From: Chrysomallon squamiferum
Lineage: Eukaryota; Animalia; Mollusca
Direction of reading: 5' to 3'
Assembly: GCA_012295275.1 (NCBI GenBank)
Contig: CM022668.1
Location: forward strand, 13,330,001 to 13,394,000
DNA: 64,000 bases
The position numbers and the translations under genes were made by a program. Under the pieces are notes generated by a model. That model had not been told where the DNA came from, made no database searches, and saw only the letters and a list, made by a program, of their open reading frames with translations. The stretch's first letter is position 1. Each line of letters starts with the position of its first letter. Below, piece after piece: positions 52,633 to 64,000 of this stretch.

Positions 52633-53734
52633 GTTTGTGTTAAGTGTAGTTGTACGTCTCTGTATGCATCTGTCTAAATGAATATGGATGTGTAAAGATA
52701 ATATAATTGTTATAATAAAAAAATGAACATTTGTATATTTACTGAGTATATGTGTGAGAACGCGCGCGTATGTGTGGTGTTTGTGTATATGTCTACGGTT
52801 TATGTTATTATTTTTTAACGTACGCTGACACAAATACACAAATATAAAAAAAAAAAAAAAAAAAAAAAAACTGAAAAACTGAAAAAAGTAGTAAATATGC
52901 GATAACCTCTAACCCCTTAACACAATATATCTATAATTTTTGTCTCTTAATTATGATTCATCGTCGTAATAACACCGATAATATTAGAAAGAAATTATTA
53001 TTATTATGCTATCATTTAAATCCCCACTGAACATTACCATAAATGTCTTCAACACACCGGATATTATTTATTGTTCCTTGTGTGAAAAGTCACGCTTCAT
53101 TGCTCTAAATCAATGAGAGTTATCGTTCCTGGCATATTAATAAAGTAATTCGCGTCTGCTTGACAACCAGTTTCTACGAAGGCTTCCCATCGAAGCGGCC
53201 GCATAATTGACTTTTGATAGGACACGTAAGTAATAGTTTTCTTTTATTATTCATTATACATTTAAGTTCTTTTATTATTATTTATTGCTCATTGATATAC
53301 CACATCTGAAGATCACCGTTTCGCTCCTGGTTAAACTTACAGATTCAGGTGTGGTTGCATTGTTACGATTATTATATAAATTATAATCATAATGTGTGGA
53401 AGGGAAGTTTGTTCAGATCCTTTAACACTATGTTTCAGATAATTAAAGTATTATTATTATTATTTGTTTTAGTTTCATATTATTACTCAGTTTCAGTTTG
53501 GGGTTTAGAACTTTTCGTTTACTATTCTTTTATTTATTAATCCCCAACCCCAAATTTTTAAAATTTTTTTTTTTTTTTTTACTACAAGTGTTGTGTATGT
53601 ATGTTGTTAAAAACCCATTCCACAAAAAATAAAGATAGACCAGATTACACACACTCACAGTTTAAATTAACTTTATTTTAAATTATTCATATTTTTGTCA
53701 TACAAAATTATTAAATATTTTTTTAAAAAGATAA

Positions 53735-53787
<53 letters not shown>

Positions 53788-54062
53788 CATTAAATATGAA
53801 ATATAAATATAGCTTTTGTAAAAAAAAAAAAAAAACATTTTCTTTTCTGTAATATTTTACATATACAATTTAAAAATACAATGTAAATTTATGGTCATAA
53901 TAAATTGAAATTTTATTGCTTAATGATGATCACTGAAAATTTATTTATAGTACTCTATTATTAAAACACTATAAATAAATAAAAAAATCAAAATATATAA
54001 ATGTATGACACAAACAAACAAATAAATAATAAAAAATGATGATGATGATGATACTTTTATTA

Positions 54063-54102
<40 letters not shown>

Positions 54103-54220
54103 CATAATAAAGAAAAAACAAAATAACAATAATAAAACAAAAAACAACAAAACAGCAACAACAACATTGAAAATCAGAAAATATTAACTCAACATTTCAG
54201 ACTTTGAAGCAGAAATCAAA

Positions 54221-54471
54221 ATGGCTTCCACTGGAATAGCAGAACATCACGAAGCCCTTCGTAAACAGGCAGTCATAAACCGAAGAGCTTATATTGCTAA
54301 GCAGCTGGAGCAGAAATATGGTCCCAATTATGAAAACAAACTAGAGGTGTATCCAAGCCACTCTTTGTCAGCTTATGATGAAGAAATGAAAAGAACTGAT
54401 CCAGACATGATTATGAGAAAGATGGGAAGCCCTCCTAATATGAAAGATTATCGACCTCCAATCACTGACAA
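54221..54471 (+). CDS. Uncharacterised 115-aa protein, coding exon 1
   Basis: Acceptor TTTCAG|54201, Kozak-like AAAATGG, non-repetitive ORF MASTGIAEHHEALRKQ...RPPITD. Donor AA|GTAGGT, phase 2. A probable 5' UTR exon ends at 53225 (CAC|GTAAGT). Confidence 0.8.
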
Positions 54472-54923
54472 GTAGGTTTTGACTAGTATAAATTAGTAAG
54501 ACAAATAGTAACAAAACTATTAGTACCTCAGCTGCTACTAAAGTTTTTGTAACAGGTACTTTTACTAGTTTTAGAAATACACTAATACAGCTACTGTCAC
54601 CATTACTACTACTAGTAATTCATGTGTTATGATGTATCATATTTCTGCTTTTTAATATTAATATTACTGTTATTACTGGTAATATTTTACTGCTTGTTTT
54701 CTATTATTGCTAAAAGAAAAATACCTTTTCTACTATTACTACTACTACTGCTATTGTTACAGTTAGTAAGGCATGTTTATATAATAGATGATGTAGCCAT
54801 TTTTTATTTTTTTTATTTTAAATTTAGTTGAAGAAGTCTTAATCTATCTGTACATTTTTGTTTTCTTTCTTTATCTTAGTGTAACAATCATAATATTCCC
54901 CTTTTATAACTAATTCACAATAC

Positions 54924-54963
<40 letters not shown>

Positions 54964-54989
54964 GCAACTCTAAAGATTAAAAAATACTG

Positions 54990-55980
54990 TTCTCTTTTTC
55001 TTACAGTTATCTGATAACTAAGTATTTTGTTCTTACAACCAATTCACATTTTATTAACCACAATTATAAAAAATTATAATTATAAAAAGAAATATATTTT
55101 TTCTTCCAACATAAATATTAATTTTGTCACACTAATTGACAATTTATTATCCCAGTTATAAAAATAATAATCACGTTTTTATACTCCTAGATAATTAAAA
55201 ATTAATTTTCTCTCACTTGCAACTGTCTCATTAAATGTCTTTTTCTCCTAACAACAATTCAAGATATAAATTTAAAAAAAAATTAAAAATTAAAAAAGAA
55301 ATTAAAATATTTGTTTTCTTATAAGATATTAATAAATATCATTTTGTCACTTCAATGAGTTTACATTTCATTAATGACAGTTATAAAGAAAAGAATAATC
55401 ATGAAAAGAAATAGTTTTCTTCTAAATTGCTGATCAATGTGATTTTATCAAAATAATTAGTTAACAAATGCTTCATTATTTAGTTGAAATAAAATATAAC
55501 GATACACTTAATAAAAGATAAATTAATGTTGTCATTTTTATTCCTTTTCTCATATAACAAGCTAATAAATTTTATTTTGTCCCTTATTCACAATTCATTG
55601 ACTACAGTTATAACAAAATAACATTTCCTGCTACTCAAAAATAAATTAATGTTTTCTTTTTCTTACAACAATATAATAAATACATTTTTTTCCTTCTAAC
55701 AACCAGTTCAGATTTCATTAACCACAATTATAAATAATAATAATGATGGAAAAGAAATATAAATATCATTTTGTCACAAAAACAACTAATTTGTATTTTA
55801 TTATCCTTAGTTATAAAATATTAATAACAATCTTTTACAATTAATCAAAAATAAATTAACGTTTTCTTTTTCCTTATTTTTCTTCTAACGAGCTTAATGA
55901 ATGTCACTTTGTTCCCTAACAACCAGTTCACAGTTCATTATCAGCAGTTGTAACAAAAAATAATAATCGTAAAAAGAAAT
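54990..55980. repeat. Degenerate long-period intronic tandem repeat
   Basis: Recurrent ACAACCA(A/G)TTCA, CA(A/G)TTATAA, AAAAGAAATA, ATTTTGTCAC and ATAAATTAATGTT blocks. Confidence 0.65.
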
Positions 55981-56349
55981 CTAAAGATTATTTAAACCAC
56001 TGATCCACTCAGTTAACAGTAGGAAATCAAGCTAATCCGTTCGACAATGGCAACAAAATACTCATTCACCGATTACAGCAATTAGGTTTTTATATTCCAA
56101 AGTGTTATTTTTTCCACTGGGATTTATTTCATATCAAATAGCCACGATCGAAGTCGTCGAATAATTATCTCGCAGAGCTATTCTTTTGTGCTGTCGTGTG
56201 CACAGTTCATACAAGCTTTATCAACAACTACTGCAGCTACAATGCAGCCAGCACAAAAGGACGGGAAGGACAATTTTTCTGTATTGATTAAGTGTTATGC
56301 TACCAAGGCCTGCCCAACGACTTAACAGTTGATTGAGGTTATATAACAG

Positions 56350-56770
56350 TGAATATAAAAGTTATATGATAATCACTGGAGCGTGTTAATTTTTTTAATA
56401 ATAATGTAATTCGTTTTTGAAAAATTATGGGTTTAATGCACTGAAGTGTATAAAAAGGAATACAATTTTAAATAATAATAATAATACTTGTTAAAAAAGA
56501 AATATGGGTATAATGCACTGGATGTGTTAAAAGTTTTAATCATAATGTGATTCATGTTAGAAAAAAGAAATAATATAGTGCACTGGAGCATGTTAAATGT
56601 TTTGAAAGAAACTGTTACAAAAATTATGGATTAAATTGTGCAGAAACAAAATTTAAATAATACCACTTGTTAAACAAGTTATGGGTGTAATGTTTGGAGC
56701 TTGTTAAAAGTTTAGATAGAGATGATACTTGTTACAAAAATTAAAAGAATAATGTTTTAAATGTTATAAA
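56350..56770. repeat. Degenerate ~60-70 bp tandem repeat
   Basis: (G/T)CACTGGAG(C)(A/G)TGTTAA and AATTATGGG(T)..AATG recur about 6 times. Confidence 0.7.
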
Positions 56771-57283
56771 AACATAATACTTTAATTTGTTTGAAAGTCT
56801 ATATCATTTGTTGAGTTTTATATATTGCTCAGACAAACATATATTTTGAAACTGAAAGCAATTTAAAATGACTACCACTACTACTACTATTACTACTACT
56901 ACTTCTAATTTTATCACTACAAGTACTATTACTACCATTACCATTACTGCTGGTACTAATGAAACTACTACTACTACTACAACTAATATACTGGTACTAC
57001 TACCACTACTACAACTACTACTACTGGTACTACTACCACCACCACTATCCCCACTACCACCACAACTTTAATGAAACACCATGAAGTTAGTTCTTTCTGG
57101 AGAATTTATGAATTTATTAAAATACACATTACATATTCTCCAATAAATCTATCTCATAAATTTTTATTTCTTTCAAACAGTGTATTTTAATATAGATTTA
57201 TTGACCAGCCCTAGAGAGAGATACAGATAATGACAGCTATAAATTTTTGATGTGTGTGTGTAATATAATCTTTCTTGTTTCAG

Positions 57284-57353
57284 GTTGCGAAGGGATCAAG
57301 TAAGAGAACAAGAACTGATTGAATACACTGCAAAAATCCCAGACCGATTTAGG
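57284..57353 (+). CDS. Uncharacterised 115-aa protein, coding exon 2
   Basis: TTTCAG| in phase 2 gives KLRRDQVREQELIEYTAKIPDRFR. Donor AGG|GTAAAA, phase 0. Confidence 0.72.
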
Positions 57354-57514
57354 GTAAAACTTTCTTAATTCTCTTTCATACATTGAAACTTAAATATCTG
57401 TAATTACAGCATTCTAATTTTTCTCCTTTTTATTATTTTCATTTTTTTTTATTTATTTGTTTTTATAGATTTTACTGGTCATTAGGGTAAAAAAATTATA
57501 GTTATTTATGTGAG

Positions 57515-57591
<77 letters not shown>

Positions 57592-57736
57592 ATTTTGCAC
57601 ATACAGAATTTAAAAATAAATTCCTATTTGCCTTTTTCTTTCTTTTTTAACCTATCTTTTTCGTGCATATAAATACATCTATAATACAAACAACAAAATA
57701 CAACATTTATAATTATCTTGTTTTTTATTATTTCAG

Positions 57737-57763
57737 TCTATAAACTACATTCAGCAGTGGTAA
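57737..57763 (+). CDS. Uncharacterised 115-aa protein, terminal coding exon
   Basis: Strong acceptor TTATTTCAG| followed by SINYIQQW-TAA in phase 0. Confidence 0.55.
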   Translation, partial: SINYIQQW

Positions 57764-57980
57764 ATATTTATTTGCTATGGTTACAAGGAAACCATGGTTA
57801 CAAGAAAAAGATTTTTTGCTGAAATGGAACACAAATTTACAACTTTGTTCACATTTTGTTTCTCCAAAAAATTTCTGTAATGATCAACTGATTTCTTAGT
57901 TCACTTTTCATTCAAGATCATTATTTGTTTATTTATTTGTTTGTTCTTTTGTTTATTTGTTTATTTTTACCCTAAACAGA

Positions 57981-58054
<74 letters not shown>

Positions 58055-61000
58055 TTATTGTTATTACTATTATTATTATTATTAAGAATGGATATAACTG
58101 GAATCAGAAAAATTCTAACAGACTTTAAAAAAAAAAAAAAATTTGATGATAATATTTAAAAGAAAGTCATTTCACTGAAGCTGTCAAGCCTATACAATCA
58201 GTATTATGTTTTGTCATGATAATCATTTTAAAATTAACATTTAACATTCAACAGATAAAAATACCTCTAACAGATTAACAAATAAAAATATTTGACAGTC
58301 TGTTTTTTTTGTTTGTTTAATGTTCAAAAAAATTAATACAGTATTAATAATAAAATATTTATAAGGATTGAAAGTACTGAACTAATTAGTTCTTTTCATT
58401 TGTTTGTCTGTGTGTTTTTCTGTCAGTATGAAGGGTTCTTTGGAGGAAAGCATTTTCTTGTTTCTTATTTTTATTATTTTATTTTCTATATGTGCAGTAT
58501 GTTACAGTATTATATTTATAATATATTAAAATGTTGGTTATTTTACTAAAACTATTGTTTTTAAAAATAAGTTGTAATTTTTTGTTGTTATAAAGATTAT
58601 AAAAACAATGTATTTGTTTAGATAATAATTTTAATGTATTTTTAAAATTTTAAATATTTTTAGTTAGATAACCTGTTTCATTTATTTATTTATTTATTTT
58701 CAAATTTTGGAGACGTTAATTTTGATATTTTAAATATTTTGAATTAGAGTAGCTTATTATTTAATTAATATTATTTTTTTGTATAAATCTAAACCTAGTG
58801 TTTAATTTTAAATGCTTATTTTAATGAAGCTATTGTGATTCACATTTCTTAATTATTTCTAAATAAGGAAGTATTATTTTTTTATATCATGATTCTGCAT
58901 ATCTGTGATATAAGTATTTGCTTTTAAACTGTAAATTTTTAATATTAATTTAAACTAATTGCTATGTTTATACATACTAATTTACATTGATTTCAATATT
59001 AATTTAAATTTTAATGATTTAAACTAATTTTCGTATGTGTATATATATATCAATTTTCAAAAATGTTTATATTAGTTTTTTTTTTTAATTGAGTTGTTTT
59101 GTAAATGAAATGTTTTTGTATATGGCCTTGTTTATTTTACATTAAACACTGGGCAAAAATGAGTTTTGTTGTTTTAAATCTTCTTTTGTTTAAAGCTTGT
59201 GTTTTATGCTTAGTTAAGAGTTTAGGTAATTTAAATATCATAACTTTATTGTTATTGTTATTATTATTATTATTCATGTAAATATTATTAAACAAGTTTT
59301 ATTCTTGACTAAATAATCAAAAGAAATTGAAAATCAGTTTTCTATTATTATTATTATAATTATTATTACTGCTTGTTATTATTTGTGTGCATTCTTTACT
59401 AGCATTTTCAGTAGAAGTTTTTGTACAGTTAAATACTGGGATCTGGTCAAATCAAAATTTATTCTATATACTTCATTGTTTTGTGCTCTATATCTTTTCA
59501 AAATATAATAACCAAATTGTTTTAAATATATATTTAACATATTTTCTTGCATGGATAAGTAAATATAAATGAGGAATGCATGCAAATAGTTCTAAATTAG
59601 TACAAGTTAATTTATATATATATAGTTTTATAAAAGAATATTAAATAAAAAAAAAAATATGCAATAAAAAATATGTATCAAAGATAAAACAAAATTTTAT
59701 AGTTGTAAAATGTTTTATTCAAATAACAAAAACAATAAAATAATGGAAGTGCACATTTCATGTATAAAGCACTTTTTCAAAGTAAAATTTACATTTTACA
59801 CAATTTTTTTTTTTTTATATAAACTTTACAGTAACATGGTGTCATAAAATATTGCAGTGACAAAAAGAATAGGAATATAGGAGAAGGTAATTAAACCAAA
59901 TGTGAGTGTGTGTTAAAATTTTAATAAAAATTTCATAAAACAGATCAGTAGCATGACTTCAGAAGTAAAAGGATTAACAACATTATTTTCTGCTTTTTTT
60001 TTTTAAACATGGGAATGAAAATAATAAAAATTCAGATAAGAGTGCTATTATTTTCTTTATATATTATATATTATATATATATTTTTTTTGTATGTCAGCA
60101 GTTTTCAAAATAACATTAATCTGCCCTATGTTTATGAAAAACAGACTCAAATGAGACTAGAACTTATGTACATTTCAATATAACTTTAGATGATATCTTT
60201 AGAAGAAAAAGGGTTAATAAAATCATAAGAATGGAATATAAAAGATTAACAGTACTAATTTCTTTATATCAGCAAAAGGATTAATATATATAAATTATTA
60301 AGAAATGAAATTTTAAGTTTTTGATTACAAAATAACGAAACTTATGTTTTAAAATGAACAAGAAATGAGTACACAAATGGGGAGAAAGGAAATTTGAAAG
60401 AAAATAAATCTGAATTTTCTTGTCTGTAACAGTTTAGAATGACACTATTCTGTGGATAAATAAATAAATAAATTGAAAAATAAGTCAGTTGTTTTTTAAT
60501 TTCTGATTAGTCTCCCTTGCCTCAAAATAATTTCATTCATCCTTGTGGGAAGCACTTGCAAATTAAACTAACATACTACTTAAATAATAGGAAATCTATA
60601 ATAATACTAATACTAATACTAATAACAACAACAATAATTATTATTATTAATAACAGCAGCAGAAGCAGCAATATCTTGCATCAGTAAAATTGAAGGCATT
60701 ACATTTATTTTACTATTTTAATTTTTTTAAAGTTCTAAAATATATTATAAATTAAAAGAACCATAAAAAGTTGTGTAATAAATACCTCCAGTAATTAAGT
60801 TAGGGCAGTGCAATGGTACTCCATAACATAACATTTGACAAAAAGAATGCATTTATTTAGTCATGTACTCAGTCTGATGAGTAAATTTCATTCTTATGCA
60901 TTATTATTATTAAAATATACTCAGTCTGATGCGGATTATGTTCTGCCAGAAATGATAAGATAAGGTTTCACAAATGAATGCACTGTTCCAAACAAAGGAC

Positions 61001-61533
61001 AAAAAAACAACCTTTGTTCTGCCAGTAATGATGTGAGAATTTTGCAAAATGAATACTCTACTTAATTAGATTTTTATTCTGTATCAAATTATTATTATTA
61101 TTTTTTTTTTTCTACAAAATAATTAATCTTGGTTATCATGTACTTATTCAGAAACACATTTTAATCATAAGCGTTCTAAATCCACATACAAATGATAATA
61201 ATAATAAAAAATAAATAAAAATAAAAAAATAATAATAATAATATATATATATACTGTTTTATAAAAATATACATCTGGGTCAAATGCAGCAGTTTTATAT
61301 AATATTATATATTTAAATAATGATGATCTTGAGCATGATGTTATTATCACTATTGTCAGAAATAAAATAACACTTTCTTTGGATTATGTAGTACCTCAGT
61401 ACAGAATGTTTAGTTTCAGTATAAATAACTGAAAATAATTAGTACATGATTTGTTTTATAAAATAAAATGAATAAAAATATTATTTTGATAGGCTGCCTG
61501 TAAAAAATGTGTGATTTGATGGAATGAAATCAT

Positions 61534-61564
<31 letters not shown>

Positions 61565-62648
61565 GATAATAATCACAGATGAATATATTTTAAAAATAGA
61601 CTATGTAAATAATGATTAACAATAAAAAAATCCAGTAGCACTAAACAATGGTAATGTTAACATAAGTGATAGTTAATCCTTAATCAATCCCATTTACAAA
61701 TAAATATATATGTAAATAACTGTTATACATATTTACATATATGTCTGTTTCATTCATACATCCATCCATATATACATACATGTTTTTATATTTTCATGTA
61801 TTCATGCACAAACACACATATGTATGCATGCAGAGATGCATAGATACCTATGTAAATACAAACACAAACCTACACATATATATATATATATTTATATACC
61901 TAACTACTTTTAATGAAATCACTAACCAAATCAAATTACCTGATTGTTTTGTTTGAATGTATTTAAAAACATTTCTCCCTGTAATAAACATTCCATACTC
62001 CATTTTTTGGAAAAAGGAACAATAATTTCCTGATTAATAATTTTTAGTTTCAATTTTACAGTGATATATTAAAAAATTTTAACATTTTTGTATAAAATGT
62101 CACAATAAAAATTTGCATAGCAAAGTATATGTATGAAGCAGTATATAAATAAAAATTAACAAAAATAATCACAGCACTCCTGAATACATAATAATGTACC
62201 ATCAGTTCAAAAAAATAAAACTCAATCCCACCATAAAATACAAAGATCCTCCAAATTTGATAAATTGAAAAAAATATATATTTGTTTTAATTAGTTTTCT
62301 TTCAAAATAATTCCTTTTTAATAGCATTTTGCCATTATCAGAATTATGAATAGTTAAAAATTGTTCGGATATAATAAAAGACAAAAAAATTGATTTAACA
62401 GCAATAAAACTTTCATTAAACACTTATTAAAATTTAATATTTTTCTTGTATGACTGATCCTTTCTCTTCAACATCATCCTCATTTCCAATAAAAATTTTC
62501 TTTTCTTTAAATCTTTTCTATTCACTTTCTTTTATCAAACATTAATTCTGTTCCATGTGGCAATTATTTTTTCCTTCACATCCAATCCCGGTACATACTT
62601 CTTTTCTTTACAGTCAAAACAAAATCCCATTCCACATTGTTTCTCAGT

Positions 62649-62787
62649 TTAGTTTTTGTTGCCAGCTTTCACTTGTTTTTTAAGAGCTTCATAGCGACTA
62701 TGTACACGATCAAAATTGATTGTTGTTTCAGAAACAGATTCTGACGGTAAACTAAGATTATCTTGTTTGTTGTCTGGTATTGGTAAA
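62649..62787 (-). CDS. Terminal coding exon of the same gene (to first TAA; the frame stays open to TGA at 62535 if that TAA is bypassed)
   Basis: TTTTCAG| acceptor matches the phase-2 donor. LLPIPDNKQDNLSLPSESVSETTINFDRVHSRYEALKKQVKAGNKN*. Confidence 0.72.
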
Positions 62788-62791
62788 CTGA

Positions 62792-62902
<111 letters not shown>

Positions 62903-63210
62903 TACATCTGTTCAGTGTATGTATATATCTGTCCATCTATGTACCCAGCACCTGTTAATCTACTATTTATGTGTCTTCATGTTTGTCTATCTGTCAAAAA
63001 ACCTACTTAAAATATCAATATATCCAAATGAAAAAAAAATAAAATAAAAAAATATATATAAATAAATAAATAAATAAATAAATACCATACAAAAATTATG
63101 TTGAAAAATTAAAAAAAGAATAAAATAAATTAAAAAAAGAAGAATTAATGAACTAAGAAAGACAGAATAAAATGCACTGTCTAAATTTAATTTATTAAAT
63201 TTTCCCTCAC

Positions 63211-63329
63211 AGCTTTGAGCTGGCCTCCCTGGCTTTCTTTATTTTCTGGATAATGCTTTTGACATTAGTCATGTCTTCCGGAAGATGACCTTCCAGAGTT
63301 CTGCAGTTGAGATCAACCTCTTTTTGAGA
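63211..63329 (-). CDS. Penultimate exon of a minus-strand gene (possibly the end of an ankyrin-repeat region); gene starts right of the window
   Basis: CTTTCAG|...|GTGAGG, 119 nt. SQKEVDLNCRTLEGHLPEDMTNVKSIIQKIKKAREASSK; VDLNCRTLEGHLPEDM resembles the ankyrin hairpin (ADVNARxxxGxTPLD). Confidence 0.75.
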
Positions 63330-63344
63330 CTGAAAGGCAACACA

Positions 63345-64000
63345 TACCACAGAGTTATTAAGAAAAACATCTCATTTACGAGCAAAATATCTGACAGTTG
63401 CCAACAACGTATCTCACATTTACCAGCAACATATCTCACAGTTACCAACAACACATCTCATTTACCAGCAACATATCTCACAGTTACCAACAACACATCT
63501 CATTTACCAGCAACATATCTCACAGTTACCAACAACACATCTCATTTACCAGCAACATATCTCACAGTTACCAACAACATATCTCATGTTTACCAACAAC
63601 ATATCTCATATTTATCAACAATATAGCTCACAATTACCAGTAACATATCTCAAATTTACTAACAGTAAATCTCATATTTATTAACAACATATCTCACATT
63701 TACCAACAATATATCTCACACTTATAACAATTCATATATATCCATGACAAGAAATAACAGTTATTAAAATAACACTTCATACTCCCACTTACTAAAATAA
63801 CATTTCACATTCACAATCTGATTTAACAAAATAACATTTCCTAATTACAACAATCTCACTCTCACAAAAATAACTCCTCGTAATAACAAAATGACACCTC
63901 ACACTAACAAAATGACACCTCTCACTATTAAAAATAACACCTCTCACTAACAAAATAACATCTCTCACTAACAAAATAACATCTCTCACTAACAAAATAA
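63345..64000. repeat. 42-bp (22+20) and 21-bp related minisatellites
   Basis: CAACATATCTCACAGTTACCAACAACACATCTCATTTACCAG repeated (63400-63730), then AACAAAATAACATCTCTCACT (63790-64000). Confidence 0.92.

Noticed and set aside
63285-63643. ORFs with 14-aa repeats (SHLPATYLTVTNNT)
   Set aside because: Translation of the 42-bp intronic minisatellite, antisense to the real gene.

Overview
Very AT-rich, microsatellite-dense eukaryotic genomic DNA with GT-AG spliceosomal introns. It is an invertebrate animal; the Ig-domain style and repeats suggest a mollusc (inference). Most entries in the ORF track are microsatellite artefacts, so real genes were rebuilt by hand from splice sites and codon phase. 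(1) A minus-strand UBE2E-family E2 enzyme, first two coding exons at 23.0-23.6 kb, followed by an intron of >22.9 kb that fills the left third of the window. (2) tRNA-Ala(AGC) at 30117-30189. (3) A complete 3-exon PPM1K mitochondrial PP2C. (4) A 731-aa TPR + SMYD5-like SET/MYND methyltransferase with an extra C-terminal MYND finger. (5) A 5-exon, 315-aa type I membrane protein with two Ig-like domains. (6) A 3-exon, 115-aa protein I do not recognise. (7) The last two exons of a minus-strand gene whose terminal exon carries an in-frame TAA followed by a protein-like 37-codon extension. Local tandem duplications are pervasive, and several copy functional boundaries (a splice acceptor, a stop codon, a tRNA 5' end). 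No CRISPR array or autonomous transposon was seen.
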